Below, in pieces: positions 48,478 to 59,644 of a stretch of DNA of 64,000 nucleotides. Source of the stretch: a virus (lineage: Duplodnaviria; Caudoviricetes); the IMG/VR virus record IMGVR_UViG_3300037455_000173, positions 64,001-128,000 of that record; one strand, given 5' to 3'. Under the pieces are notes generated by a model that was not told the origin of the DNA, searched no databases, and saw nothing but the letters and a program-made list of their open reading frames with translations. Position 1 is the stretch's first letter. The number at the start of each line of letters is the position of its first letter. The position numbers and the translations under genes are program-made.

Positions 48478-48872
48478 TTAACCTGACCTCCTTGCGTTTC
48501 ATCCCACGACCACTCTATTGTTCCAGCAATCTCTTCATAATTCTTGTCCAGTACAAGAACTACCTGAAGTTTAACATGGTTACCTTCTGACTGGTCAGTG
48601 ATTTTAATCTGTCGAGAATCTACATAAGGTTCGAACTCTGAAATGGCATTTATTATGTTCTCCTTAGCTTTCTCGATTATAGTAGCTGTATTATAGCTTA
48701 GTAATATATCAGGAAAATATGAACCATAATTTGGAAACATAAATTCTTCCTGTTTATATGATTGTATCAATAAACCAACACGATTTACGATACTAGCATA
48801 ATCCTCTTTCAAGTCACAATTACCAGTAGCTGCATTAAATAAATTAGGATAGGCAAATGAATTTGTGAACAT
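48474..48872 (-). CDS. baseplate wedge subunit gp25/GPW-like
   Basis: FPNYGS, INAISEFEPYV. Confidence 0.8.
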   Translation of the reverse strand: MFTNSFAYPNLFNAATGNCDLKEDYASIVNRVGLLIQSYKQEEFMFPNYGSYFPDILLSYNTATIIEKAKENIINAISEFEPYVDSRQIKITDQSEGNHVKLQVVLVLDKNYEEIAGTIEWSWDETQGGQVK

Positions 48873-48874
48873 AC

Positions 48875-49159
48875 TTATCCCTCCTCATAGACACCACCAT
48901 AAAATCCTACAATGGTAAATTTATCGTTCGGGTCTTCAGAATCTAGCACATAGACGACATCGTTTACCCTAAGTCCTTGTAGATGATAAGGAATGTCTGC
49001 ATCTTCTAATGCATCTGTAGGTGGTCGATTTGGTAACAGATTTCTCATAAAATCTGTTTTATACGCTGATATACCTAAACCATCAAGATTAGGTATACGC
49101 ACCTTACACGTATTTTCTTCCCAGTCGATACTCTCGACATAACCAATATACCTAATCAT
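48875..49159 (-). CDS. baseplate spike N-terminal OB-like protein (gpV-like)
   Basis: GYVESID...CKVRIP...VNDVVYV; position in the module. Confidence 0.6.
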   Translation of the reverse strand: MIRYIGYVESIDWEENTCKVRIPNLDGLGISAYKTDFMRNLLPNRPPTDALEDADIPYHLQGLRVNDVVYVLDSEDPNDKFTIVGFYGGVYEEG

Positions 49160-50583
49160 AACTTACCTCGTTTCAGAATGTTAATAATGTGCTGGAATGG
49201 TTGTCCTAAATGCAGAGTTTGCTGCTTAGAACTTGCTGCTTGTGTGTTATTTATCCTAGACGTGGTTGTATATCCTGCTATAGAAGTAGCTGTATTATTG
49301 GCAGTAATCAAGTCTAATCTTTGTACTGTTAATGTGGTAGTGTATGATGTGCCATTAATATTGTGTGCTACTTTAATTATACGATACACACCGGTTATCG
49401 GGTTCAAGGTACCGCCTGTATACACCACTACTCGTACAGCATCCGCAACTCTAAATATCTTAGCACTACCTACGATGGTAATCTGAACATTAGTATTAAA
49501 CTGCGTAGAGATAGCATTTAGATTATTGATGGCATTTCCTGCTGAATACATACTTGGTAACGTAGCATTATAAGAATTCTGTCTATTGGATTGTGTAGTA
49601 AGAGTTTCACCTTTTAATGTAATACCCATACCGGTCTGTACGGTTGCACCTGAACCTAATAGTGTCTGAGTTACACCTTGATATGTCGCAGAAATAGAAA
49701 GAATATTTGTATATAAACCACCCCACATTAGTACGTCTTGCGATACATAATTAGCGAGGTTTACATTGTTTTTATACCGTATTACGCCACGGGTATGAAA
49801 TGTCGGCTCTGTTATACTAAAGGTATAGCTCGAAGCGGAACGCTGTGTTTGTGCAACAGGAGTACCCATGATTTTACGTATCTCAGCTTTCTTATAGCCC
49901 GCTTTTAGATACATATCGGTAGTTCTATTATAAGGTAAACCATAAGCGCAGCTTTTAGAACCTTCACAATAAGACTGCTGAATAAGTCCTTGCTGTGTAC
50001 TACTACCGTTAATATATTCACCTAAGCTGGTTACACAAGAAGCTTTCGATATAGGTACTACCTCGTCATCGTGGTCTATGTCATAATCGAACACATCACC
50101 GGCATGAACATAATCTAGAACTGCTTCAGCAACATCAGATGGTCTATAATTACCTCGAATAGCTGGTATAGCTATACCTCGAATTGTTGCTGTATTAGTA
50201 AAGTTACCTATGCCTTCTAGGACATACTCTGTATATCCTGTATGGACAGTTGATGTGAACTGTATGAATATACCTTGAATTGATAATGACTCTAAAATAC
50301 CTGTTTCGTCTGCCCAACCCATTTCTAGATAACAAGGTGTAGTTGAATCACCCCTCATCTGTGCAAACTCATATAGCATCATTTCGAATGAACCTACATG
50401 AGCCTGCTTACGCTGGTCACCTAGAACGTGTATAGTAACCTTAAAATTGGTTTGAATACCGGACTCGGAATTAACCAGGCTTATGCCCACCAATGGTGAA
50501 GGAGTTTTGTAACCCAAACTGCGTAACGCAATGTTCTGAATTACGAACTGCATATATGGCTGTTTGTGTGGCATATATGTCAC
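49156..50583 (-). CDS. baseplate hub protein (gpD/gp27-like)
   Basis: C-terminal G.YRI.KV.H.I....Y.TTL...R; position. Confidence 0.65.
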   Translation of the reverse strand: MTYMPHKQPYMQFVIQNIALRSLGYKTPSPLVGISLVNSESGIQTNFKVTIHVLGDQRKQAHVGSFEMMLYEFAQMRGDSTTPCYLEMGWADETGILESLSIQGIFIQFTSTVHTGYTEYVLEGIGNFTNTATIRGIAIPAIRGNYRPSDVAEAVLDYVHAGDVFDYDIDHDDEVVPISKASCVTSLGEYINGSSTQQGLIQQSYCEGSKSCAYGLPYNRTTDMYLKAGYKKAEIRKIMGTPVAQTQRSASSYTFSITEPTFHTRGVIRYKNNVNLANYVSQDVLMWGGLYTNILSISATYQGVTQTLLGSGATVQTGMGITLKGETLTTQSNRQNSYNATLPSMYSAGNAINNLNAISTQFNTNVQITIVGSAKIFRVADAVRVVVYTGGTLNPITGVYRIIKVAHNINGTSYTTTLTVQRLDLITANNTATSIAGYTTTSRINNTQAASSKQQTLHLGQPFQHIINILKRGKL

Positions 50584-50948
50584 TCCTCTCCTAAATTCAG
50601 ATATACATAAGACAATGGTTCTAGAACACGACCGTCTGTCATTAAAGAATCATACGGAGGTATCTGGATTACTGATTCAGCCGGTACTACTTCGAAATTA
50701 GTAATATCATTCTGTTTTGCAATATACCACCAGAGTGATGCGTCACCGTAGAACTTATAAGCAATAAGGTCAAGTCTATTAATATATAAACCAGTAACCT
50801 TGAATAATTGACAACTAGATACGTCAACCTTTGGTGTAGCATTCGATACCTCATGGTAGGATTTTTCTACACCATCACGCTTGATAGTTCTAAGTTTAGC
50901 ATATCGAGAAGTCTTGGTATAGTTATAGGGATTTAGATAACGTATCAT
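50580..50948 (-). CDS. LysM/tail-X (gp53-like) baseplate protein
   Basis: RLDLIAYKFYGDASLWWYIA..N. Confidence 0.8.
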   Translation of the reverse strand: MIRYLNPYNYTKTSRYAKLRTIKRDGVEKSYHEVSNATPKVDVSSCQLFKVTGLYINRLDLIAYKFYGDASLWWYIAKQNDITNFEVVPAESVIQIPPYDSLMTDGRVLEPLSYVYLNLGEE

Positions 50949-50952
50949 AACA

Positions 50953-51939
50953 TCACCTCCAACCTGCTAAGCCGCTTCTAACAGCTTCAGTGCTAAGAAC
51001 ATTGTCTGACTCTTCTGTAATAGATATATTAATGTCAACACAATCGTACTTATTATCCGGACCTATCGGGCCGCTATAAGTAGTTTCCATATTCGTAAGT
51101 ATGCCAACAATGCGTATCGATTTTCCTATAATTAGTGTTACTCTAGGCGGTTCACTTGCTTGAGTATCATAATTCGGATAACAAGCAGATTGCATATAGG
51201 CGACTAACTCTTCTGACTTACCAGAATCCTGATTACCGTCCCACATAGCACGATGAATTTTAAATGTACAGGTTACTACTCTAGGACCTGATTTATTATA
51301 TGTATTCTGTGGTTCATAATGCTGATATGTTGTCATCTCCTGTGACCATGTAGCTGAAGTGCTATCATTAACCGACTCAGGAAAACATGGTATTTCTAAC
51401 GGAGCTTGACCTTCAATCTGAATAGTAACATCACCGGTAGGCTTCCAATACCAATTATCCTGACTGCTACCAGTTTCGGTATCCATTCTTGGATATTCTA
51501 ACTCAGGAGCGTCTTTCCTCAAATCTTCCTTAACTTCACGTAGAAGTAGGTCATGCAGTATAGCTTGCTGAGTATGTCCTGAAACGGCAACGACCTCATC
51601 TACATATGCATCTGGTACAATCAGACAGCCAGGAACACTTCCTAAGGTTGCATAGCGAATAAACTCTGCTGGTGTAAATTCAGCTATAACACTCGCTTTA
51701 AGCTTGTCATTTAGTTGAGATTGAACACCCTTGACATGCTGTCTTTCAGAATATTCAATCTCTACTCCAATCTTGCTCATAGCTTGATAATCGTTATTGT
51801 ATAACTGATTAAGAATACTGCTATAAGGGCAAGTGCGATTAGGAAGATGATTAAACCGTAGAATCTCTTCTGCATGAACGACCTGTCTTCTGAATGATGC
51901 TACGGTTACGGTCTCGTCTATTACAACCAAAGATTTCAT
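50953..51939 (-). CDS. tail tube initiator-like protein
   Basis: PESVNDS..ATW, SGPR, EPPRV.LIIG; position after tape measure. Confidence 0.6.
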   Translation of the reverse strand: MKSLVVIDETVTVASFRRQVVHAEEILRFNHLPNRTCPYSSILNQLYNNDYQAMSKIGVEIEYSERQHVKGVQSQLNDKLKASVIAEFTPAEFIRYATLGSVPGCLIVPDAYVDEVVAVSGHTQQAILHDLLLREVKEDLRKDAPELEYPRMDTETGSSQDNWYWKPTGDVTIQIEGQAPLEIPCFPESVNDSTSATWSQEMTTYQHYEPQNTYNKSGPRVVTCTFKIHRAMWDGNQDSGKSEELVAYMQSACYPNYDTQASEPPRVTLIIGKSIRIVGILTNMETTYSGPIGPDNKYDCVDINISITEESDNVLSTEAVRSGLAGWR

Positions 51940-52460
51940 TGTACATCACTCCTTTCTAGGAGTCTTAATCGCTTAAATGTTTCAGGGCAAGCATATCCGG
52001 TAACATTCTCGATATAGGGACTATTGGCTTGGAATTTTATCAATGTTGCTTCTAATTCCTCAGACCATTCTTCGTTAGTAGGTAAGTTCAGCAATTCATT
52101 AGCATACGCAATGTCTCGAGTACAGCTATTAGGTCCTATAACGAAACAAAGCCACCACGAATAGTTATATATAACCTTTAATTCTTTTTCAATATCTGAA
52201 TCTTCATTCTGAAGAGTTAATGTGTTGTATAGAGTTCGATTATTGATTGGAAGATTAGGATATTGATAATCTATGGTTGTTCGGATATATCCTATAAGCT
52301 CATCTGTAGTTAGGGTAGTCAGACTTTCATGCCAGAAATTGGCTGCCCTGACTTTTAATATTAAGTCAAGGCAACCATATCCAGTATCAGTCCGTGCTGC
52401 TTCTTTAAGCTCTTCAGGAAGTGTCTTTTCCATTTTAGCATAGGTATCGTAACAACTCAT
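51936..52460 (-). CDS. hypothetical tail-module protein
   Basis: ORF; C-terminus weakly resembles a peptidoglycan-binding motif (KFQ...VTG...PET). Confidence 0.55.
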   Translation of the reverse strand: MSCYDTYAKMEKTLPEELKEAARTDTGYGCLDLILKVRAANFWHESLTTLTTDELIGYIRTTIDYQYPNLPINNRTLYNTLTLQNEDSDIEKELKVIYNYSWWLCFVIGPNSCTRDIAYANELLNLPTNEEWSEELEATLIKFQANSPYIENVTGYACPETFKRLRLLERSDVQ

Positions 52461-52473
52461 TTAAGCCACCTCC

Positions 52474-55400
52474 TTAAAAATGACCAGATAGATAATTAGA
52501 GACATAACCATTGTCGATAATTCTTGAACGTTCGTCATACGACAAACTCGACTCAAATTCAGGATTAGTAACCATGCTATATTCTAACACCGTACTAATA
52601 AGCTTAACAATTTCACCTGTCTGCTTCTGTAAATCCTTAATCTGCTCTGTATGTGTTCTATGCTCCTCTAGAATTGGCTCTAGATACTCACTCATGTCTA
52701 AGTCTGCAATATAGGAACTAATATAAGCTATATTCTCATAATTACCCTTTTCGCGCTCTAGACTTTCGTCTTCTATTCGTCGCTGTTCTTCTCTAGCCGC
52801 TGCTTTTTCTTCCTCATACTTCGCATCTTGTTCTTGAGCTGCCTGCTGTTGCTGTCTATACTCGGAAGAATTTCTAGCTTGCTGTTCCATAGCAGCATAA
52901 CTAATAGCATTAGATTCAGCTTGGTTTTCAGCTGCAACAGCCTGTGCATTACGAGTAGCAAGACTGTAGTCAATCATCATCTCTTCAAAAGATTCTGATA
53001 CACCACTATTTGCTATAGCTAATGCCATCATATCAGTGCTCTTTGTCTCAGCGGCTTGTATAGCTGCTGTCGCACCGCCTACGGTGTTAGCAAATGTATT
53101 CCTTAAACCGGCAGTACTATCTGCAACAGTTGAACCTATATTAGAAGCAGTTGATGTTATTACATATCGCTCTGCATCTATCATTGCTGATGTTTGAGCA
53201 TTAATAGATGTAGATATCATGTCAAATAGACCAAGTGGGTCTAGAATTGACATAATCAAATCAGAAATCTTTGTAAAGAATCCTAATGTATTTTCTGCCA
53301 ACTCAACCGATTGAGTAGCTTGTGCTGAATACACAAGCTTTTCAAGATTAAGCTCATTAGCTTCGAGCTTTCTCATTAGCTTATTGTCGATTGTTGACGA
53401 CAATGCGTTAGTAGCTAACAATTGATTTGCGGTATTAGCTACCAACTGTTCCTCTAGAGTAGTGGTTTCACCTGAACGTACTAGATTTTCAGCATCGGTA
53501 AGTGCTGCCATATTAACAGACGTACTTACCTGTGCTATCAAGTCGGATACATTACCGAAGTCGATTTGTGCTAACTTAGAACCTTGAACACCGAATATAG
53601 ATTCCATTGCTTTCAGGAATTCTTGTCTCGATGCTTCGTTCTCATTCTGGTCAATAAATCTCTGAATAGCAGCAAATGCAGTGCTTAATGTATCTTGAGT
53701 ATCCTCCATGAAGGACTGCATAAAGCTGGTAGCACTAACTCCAATATTAGGGTTAATATCATTCATTATAGCTCTTAATGCTACTGCTGTAGCATCATTA
53801 CTATTCATTAAGATATTAACCAGCTCATTAGTAAATCCACTAAGCTGAGGTGCTACAGATGTAATAGCAGCTTCTGATGCCATCATCTGGGTGGTTAGTT
53901 TAGATATCTGGTCAGCATTTCCACCTGCTATGTTTACAACCTCGGTAGCTCTGGTCATTAAGGTACTGGTTTCTTTCAGGAATTGGTTATTGCCTTCTGT
54001 AACGGATTCAAGTGCTTTAGCTGCACCTGCAATCTCGTTCATTGCAGCAATCATTTCTTCCTCACCGGTACCGCTTTCCTTGTTAGCTTGCGCATAGATA
54101 GCAGCAAATTCAGCTGCGCTCTGCGACAAATCTACTTCAGGAACTGCTTTCTGGAGGATTAGGTTTTGAGCAGCAAATGCTTCTGCTAGCTGTCCACCTA
54201 ATTTAGCATTTAATGTATTAGCTAACTGGTCTAGATACTGAGAAGCATCTATAGTAGTACCATAACCTTCTTCTTGTAGTCGCTGTGCAACAGCATCCTG
54301 TAAAGAGTTAAGAGCTTCTTTAGTATAACCTTGGGTTGCAGTTATCTGACTTAGATTCTTATCCCAAGCAGCATAGATATTCTTAGAAGCTGTTTCATAC
54401 ATCTCGATAGAGTAGGTTGCCATGTCTTTAACATCGGACCTAATCTTATCGAAACCAGCTTTGAGTATCTCATCACGCGTTTTCTTAGAATGATTAGCAA
54501 GATAATCTAGATGGTCACCTACAATTGTAGCGAGTGCGTCAATCTTAGAACCTATAAATTTACCTATAGCTTCACCGACAATACCACCTATAGGACCACC
54601 TATAGCTTCACCGATAGCTTGTCCCGCAGCTGTACCAAGTAAATCGCCACCGATACTTCCAATGCCACCTACTACTGCTGATGCTGTGTGATTTTGACCT
54701 GTCTTAGCATCAAAGGTTTTACCCTCTGCTATCGTATTGACTAAACCTTCTACCTTCTTAACTGACTTTATCAGATTATCATAGAAGGCTAACTCTGCAT
54801 TACGACTTTCAATTAGATTACCCATCTGTTCTAGATAATCGTCTTCGGTCATAATAGAGCCATCAGCACCGGGTACCTGTCTGTTGAACATTTCGGTAAG
54901 CTCGTTACGCTCTGCATCATACCTATTAGAAGCTTCTTCACGCATTGCGCGTAAGCTACCGATAGGAGAACCGTCACTATTCCAAGCGCGTTCAACTTCC
55001 TGTAGCGTGTCGTTATATCTATCGAATGAACTTCTTGCATCAGCTAATCCTTGATTTAACTCATTAAGACTTATCTGATTATCAGTATATGCTTGAATTA
55101 ATTCATCAATCTGACGTTCATACAAATCACTTCTAGTTTCGTAATCATCATATATACCCAGAACATCTCTCAATGAATTACGAACATCTTCAAGTCTAGA
55201 AGTGAGCTCGTCAACTTCTTGCTGTTGGTCATCGACATCGTCTTGTGAAGCTAATCCATTAGCTGCATCATCGCGTAGCTGTTCAAGCCGTGCTTCTGCT
55301 GTGCGTATTCTCTGTTCTAAATCACGCACCGCGGTATTACCAGCTGCACCGTTAACACCTGAACCACTGTTAGAGGAACCACCACCTAGGGCACTACCAT

Positions 55401-55734
55401 TACTGCTAATCTGACCTAAAACCTGATAAATCTGCTTTAAGCTGGTATCGACAGACGATACAGTTGACCTTATACTGCCTACATCTTTGCTGACAGCAGT
55501 TAGAGTGGTTGTTACCGTGTCAAGATTTTTCTTGGCTTGGGTGAACAACTTATACTCTTTGGTCATCGTCTTGTTCATATTGGTAACAGTCTTGAACATT
55601 TTCATTTCAAGCTTATACAGATTAGCAGTCGATGCGGAATCTGCTTTAAGTTGCTCTAGAATGTCACCAGCTGTTGACTCATCAGTGCTATTAGAGTTAG
55701 TAGTATTGGTATTATTGTCTTTAGGGTCTGGCAT
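52474..55734 (-). CDS. tail tape measure protein
   Basis: 1086 aa, Ala/Gln-rich helical, G-rich GGPIGGIVG segment, upstream of baseplate genes. Confidence 0.75.
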   Translation of the reverse strand: MPDPKDNNTNTTNSNSTDESTAGDILEQLKADSASTANLYKLEMKMFKTVTNMNKTMTKEYKLFTQAKKNLDTVTTTLTAVSKDVGSIRSTVSSVDTSLKQIYQVLGQISSNGSALGGGSSNSGSGVNGAAGNTAVRDLEQRIRTAEARLEQLRDDAANGLASQDDVDDQQQEVDELTSRLEDVRNSLRDVLGIYDDYETRSDLYERQIDELIQAYTDNQISLNELNQGLADARSSFDRYNDTLQEVERAWNSDGSPIGSLRAMREEASNRYDAERNELTEMFNRQVPGADGSIMTEDDYLEQMGNLIESRNAELAFYDNLIKSVKKVEGLVNTIAEGKTFDAKTGQNHTASAVVGGIGSIGGDLLGTAAGQAIGEAIGGPIGGIVGEAIGKFIGSKIDALATIVGDHLDYLANHSKKTRDEILKAGFDKIRSDVKDMATYSIEMYETASKNIYAAWDKNLSQITATQGYTKEALNSLQDAVAQRLQEEGYGTTIDASQYLDQLANTLNAKLGGQLAEAFAAQNLILQKAVPEVDLSQSAAEFAAIYAQANKESGTGEEEMIAAMNEIAGAAKALESVTEGNNQFLKETSTLMTRATEVVNIAGGNADQISKLTTQMMASEAAITSVAPQLSGFTNELVNILMNSNDATAVALRAIMNDINPNIGVSATSFMQSFMEDTQDTLSTAFAAIQRFIDQNENEASRQEFLKAMESIFGVQGSKLAQIDFGNVSDLIAQVSTSVNMAALTDAENLVRSGETTTLEEQLVANTANQLLATNALSSTIDNKLMRKLEANELNLEKLVYSAQATQSVELAENTLGFFTKISDLIMSILDPLGLFDMISTSINAQTSAMIDAERYVITSTASNIGSTVADSTAGLRNTFANTVGGATAAIQAAETKSTDMMALAIANSGVSESFEEMMIDYSLATRNAQAVAAENQAESNAISYAAMEQQARNSSEYRQQQQAAQEQDAKYEEEKAAAREEQRRIEDESLEREKGNYENIAYISSYIADLDMSEYLEPILEEHRTHTEQIKDLQKQTGEIVKLISTVLEYSMVTNPEFESSLSYDERSRIIDNGYVSNYLSGHF

Positions 55735-55931
55735 AGATAATCCCTCCTTTCAGTTTATTATATATGTTATTATCAGAGATTATACCGTAATAACCACGTA
55801 TGCTGCTACAGCATGCGTAAGGTTTATAAACTATGTATAATGTTATACCACACGTATTAGACACACGAAAACTAAACGCACAACAGTAGCAAAACCGTTG
55901 TGCGTTTATAAGGAGTATATATGAAAGAGAA

Positions 55932-56465
55932 TTACACCAATCTATTATATTTATCTTCCCAGAAAATCGTTTCACCTTTCATTAAAGTTCTTTGAACATC
56001 GATAAGTCTTTGATTTTCTGAACCACGATATTTTAATAGTAGGTTCTTCTTTTCAATCTGAAACGGACCGTCCACGAGTACATCTATACAATCTAGAATA
56101 TCCTTTACATATGGAGTAGACACACCAGAGCATAATAGTTGCTCTATTGTATACCCAGTAAAGCACCAGATATCTTTGCCAGGTAGTAGTCTAACCACGG
56201 TGGATAATAGATAATAGACTTCTTTCTGATTTTTAGGTTCAAATGGTTCACCACCTAATAGTGACAAACCCCGAACATGCGGATTAGACAACATATGGAT
56301 TATTCTGAGTAGAACTCCTTCATCATAAGGTTCACCATAGTCGAAATCCCAAGCTACCTCATTGAAACAACCGGGACATTTTCTAGTACAACCAGAAACA
56401 TACACGCTAACTCTTACACCGGGTCCGTTTGCTATATCCAAATTCTTGATATTAGCAATGTTCAT
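55932..56465 (-). CDS. nrdG: anaerobic ribonucleotide reductase activating enzyme
   Basis: DIANGPGVRVS, CTRKCPGC, GGEP, DVLVDGPF, RGSENQR. Confidence 0.95.
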   Translation of the reverse strand: MNIANIKNLDIANGPGVRVSVYVSGCTRKCPGCFNEVAWDFDYGEPYDEGVLLRIIHMLSNPHVRGLSLLGGEPFEPKNQKEVYYLLSTVVRLLPGKDIWCFTGYTIEQLLCSGVSTPYVKDILDCIDVLVDGPFQIEKKNLLLKYRGSENQRLIDVQRTLMKGETIFWEDKYNRLV

Positions 56466-58636
56466 AGATGTTCAACCCTATCCTTTATCTCTTGAGTACG
56501 TCCCTGGTTCCAGAATTGAGTACCAATATATCCACAGGTACGGCGAGCAACAGACATCTTTGTCTGGTCTCTATTACCACAATTCGGACACTCCCATAGA
56601 AGCTTTCCATCTTCCTCGATTATTTCAATCTCACCGTCATATCCACATTCGTGGCAGTAATCACTCTTGGTATTAAGCTCAGCATACTGAATTTCATTAT
56701 AGATGAACTTAACTACTTCCAGAACTGCTGGGATATTATCGGTCATATCAGGTACTTCTATATATGAGATAGCGCCACCAGGTGATAACTTCTGGAACTC
56801 AGATTCAAAAGCAAGTTTGGTAAATGCATCAATCTTTTCAGTTACATGGACATGATATGAATTAGTAATATAATTCTTATCTGTTATGCCTTCGATTACA
56901 CCGAAACGCTTCTGAAGTGCCTTAGCAAACTTATAGGTTGTACTTTCTAATGGAGTTCCATATACAGCATAGCCTATGTTCTCAGCTTTCTTCCATTCGA
57001 TACATTTATCATTAAGTCTTTGCATAATAGCCAAAGCAAAGTCCTTAGCTTCTGGGTCTGTATGTGAATGACCGGTCATCGCTTTGACACATTCATATAA
57101 ACCAGCATATCCAAGTGATATTGTCGAATAGCCACCATAAAGTAGCTTATCTATCTTCTCACCTTTCTCCAATCTAGCTATCGCACCATGCTGCCAAAGA
57201 ATAGGAGCTACATCAGAAGTTGTACCTAGAAGTCTTTCATGTCGGATACGTAACGCTCTATGACATAGTTCAAGCTTGTCATCAAGAATACGCCAGAACT
57301 TATCAAAGTCACCTCTAGCTGTTAAACCAACAGCTGGGAGATTTAAGGTTACTACTCCTTGATTAAAACGACCGAAGTATTTTGCTTTTCCATTCTCGTC
57401 TACATAGGGAGATAAAAAAGAACGGCATCCCATAGGTGGAAAACATTGACCATCACCGTTCGCATCTATCTTCGTCGCTTTCATTATCTTTTCTGAAACA
57501 TAGTCTGGTACCATTCTCTTAGCAGTACATTTTGCTGCCAATTCGGTTAGATACCAATATTCGGTAGTTTCATCGCAGTTATTCGTATCAAGTACATAGA
57601 TAAGTTTAGGAAATGCAGGTGTTATCCATACACCCTTTTCATTCTTAACACCTTGAATACGCTGCTTCAAAATCTCCTCGATAACTAATGCTAAGTCCTT
57701 CTTCTCTTGTTCAGTTCTAGCTTCATTCAGGTATAAAGAAAGGCTCAAGAAAGGAGCCTGACCGTTGGTAGTCATTAGTGTGATTACCTGGTATTGAATT
57801 GTCTGAACACCTTTTGATATTTCCTTAGCGAGTCTTTTATTGAGAATAGTTTCTGCTTGACGCTCTGATAACTGTAAATCAGCAGCAGCACATTCCTCTA
57901 AGATTTGCTTCTTAATGCTTTGTCTACTAACATCAACGAATGGAGCTAGATGAGCTATAGATATTGTCTGACCACCATACTGATTAGAAGCAACCTGTGC
58001 AATAATCTGTGTTGCTATATTACAAGCGGTTGAGAATGAATGTGGTCTATCGATACCTGTACCGGAAATTACAGTACCATTCTCGAGCATATCTTGTAGA
58101 TTGATTAAGCAGCAATTATACATAGGCTGAGCGAAGTAATCTGCATCATGGAAATGAATATCCCCTATTCTATTCGCTTCCTGTATATCTTCAGGCAATA
58201 GGTGTGTAAATGTTATGTTCTTAGACACTTCACCTGCCATATAATCACGCTGAACAGAATTAATCAGAGTATTCTTATTGGAATTTTCTTCCTTTAATAC
58301 AGCGTTCTTGTTCTGAATTAATGACATTATGTTGTCTGTCATGTTGTCTGATTTACGTGCTAAAGCACGCTTATAGCGGTATGTAATATACTCTTCAGAC
58401 AGCTTTGAGAGGTTCTGATTTATTAGCTCTTGAACTACAAAATCCTGAACGTCTTCGACGGAAACAATGCTAGTCTGCTGCTCACACCTAAAAATTACAG
58501 CATCAGCAATCACAGTAATCTGTTCATCTGTTAGCTTATTTTCTTCGCTCATCTTAGCATTAGCTTTAGATATAGCGCTGACAATCTTACTCCCATCGAA
58601 CCCGACTTCTTTTCCGTCTCTTTTGATAATTTGCAT
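56462..58636 (-). CDS. nrdD: anaerobic ribonucleoside-triphosphate reductase (class III) with ATP cone
   Basis: IIKRDG ATP cone, NCCL, MGCRSFL, CHECG..CPNCG, RRTCGYIG glycyl-radical motif; start set at MQIIK. Confidence 0.95.
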   Translation of the reverse strand: MQIIKRDGKEVGFDGSKIVSAISKANAKMSEENKLTDEQITVIADAVIFRCEQQTSIVSVEDVQDFVVQELINQNLSKLSEEYITYRYKRALARKSDNMTDNIMSLIQNKNAVLKEENSNKNTLINSVQRDYMAGEVSKNITFTHLLPEDIQEANRIGDIHFHDADYFAQPMYNCCLINLQDMLENGTVISGTGIDRPHSFSTACNIATQIIAQVASNQYGGQTISIAHLAPFVDVSRQSIKKQILEECAAADLQLSERQAETILNKRLAKEISKGVQTIQYQVITLMTTNGQAPFLSLSLYLNEARTEQEKKDLALVIEEILKQRIQGVKNEKGVWITPAFPKLIYVLDTNNCDETTEYWYLTELAAKCTAKRMVPDYVSEKIMKATKIDANGDGQCFPPMGCRSFLSPYVDENGKAKYFGRFNQGVVTLNLPAVGLTARGDFDKFWRILDDKLELCHRALRIRHERLLGTTSDVAPILWQHGAIARLEKGEKIDKLLYGGYSTISLGYAGLYECVKAMTGHSHTDPEAKDFALAIMQRLNDKCIEWKKAENIGYAVYGTPLESTTYKFAKALQKRFGVIEGITDKNYITNSYHVHVTEKIDAFTKLAFESEFQKLSPGGAISYIEVPDMTDNIPAVLEVVKFIYNEIQYAELNTKSDYCHECGYDGEIEIIEEDGKLLWECPNCGNRDQTKMSVARRTCGYIGTQFWNQGRTQEIKDRVEHL

Positions 58637-58699
58637 AGTAGTCACTCCTTCCTGATTAAGAGGCACACGGTACCTCTTTACTTATTGTATGCTACGCAC

Positions 58700-59644
58700 T
58701 CACGATTCTGAGGTAAAGAAATGGATTAAATCTTTAACATCCTCTTCTGTCTCCCAGTCCCAATGCTTGGTGGCTGCGTAGATATCAGGAAGAGCTCTAG
58801 ACTCTTCATCAGTTAAATCAAAACCACGACCATATGTCCAATATGCGTTAGACCACGGTATGTATGATTGGATAAGAATATTATCAGATTTTGGAAGTTC
58901 AATCTCACGACTAGATATTGTTCTGTACAAAGCAAAGTAATAGATTTTTTCTGCACCTAGCTCTGATAAACGACGAATTACTGCCTGAGCAGTTCTACCA
59001 CTTGAAATTAAATCATCTATAACGATAACATTTCTACCGGTTACTTCTGTACACTTCGTTTCTGTAACCTGAATTAATCCATCGTCCTGTGTATTTGTTG
59101 CTGTATCATAATGCTGAACATCAAATACAATATCTGATTTAATGCCCATTCTATCAGCTAACATAGTACCTGCACATGCTATAGAAGCATATAGACAGTT
59201 ACCGTCGTCTGGTGATTCTACCATAAGCTTAAAATTATTTTCTAAGAGCGTAGCAGCTACACCGCTAATATATGGTTCTGTAGCCTTTGCTCTAGGAAAT
59301 GACCAAGAATCATTATCTATTAAATCTAGAACAGCGTCTAAGATTTTATTACAATTAGCAGGTCGTTGACATATACCAAGTACCCTGTCAAAAGTCTTGA
59401 TATGAATAGCCACGTTACCTACAGCACGTACTTCAGCTTCATCTGGTGAACCTATATTCGTACATAAAATCTGAGTATCGGGTGCCGCCTGTACAAAGTA
59501 CAAAGCCACCGGTTTATCTTTATTCTCCCTAATTGAATCTGGTACTACAATACAGCAATTCTTAGCTTCATTCTGCCAATAGTATTTAGAATCTGCTATG
59601 GCTTGTGTACCTAAATCTGATGCATAAAAGTCTAACATCAACAT
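58700..59644 (-). CDS. type I phosphoribosyltransferase, HPRT-like C-terminal half
   Basis: PRPP-binding VIVIDDLISSGRT; YGRGFD...RALPDIY resembles the HPRT C-terminus; own promoter. Confidence 0.75.
   Translation of the reverse strand: MLMLDFYASDLGTQAIADSKYYWQNEAKNCCIVVPDSIRENKDKPVALYFVQAAPDTQILCTNIGSPDEAEVRAVGNVAIHIKTFDRVLGICQRPANCNKILDAVLDLIDNDSWSFPRAKATEPYISGVAATLLENNFKLMVESPDDGNCLYASIACAGTMLADRMGIKSDIVFDVQHYDTATNTQDDGLIQVTETKCTEVTGRNVIVIDDLISSGRTAQAVIRRLSELGAEKIYYFALYRTISSREIELPKSDNILIQSYIPWSNAYWTYGRGFDLTDEESRALPDIYAATKHWDWETEEDVKDLIHFFTSES

Noticed and set aside
55721-55975. 84-aa minus-strand ORF between nrdG and tape measure
   Set aside because: It spans a GA/TC-depleted regulatory island and has a Cys/Tyr-biased, non-protein-like composition.
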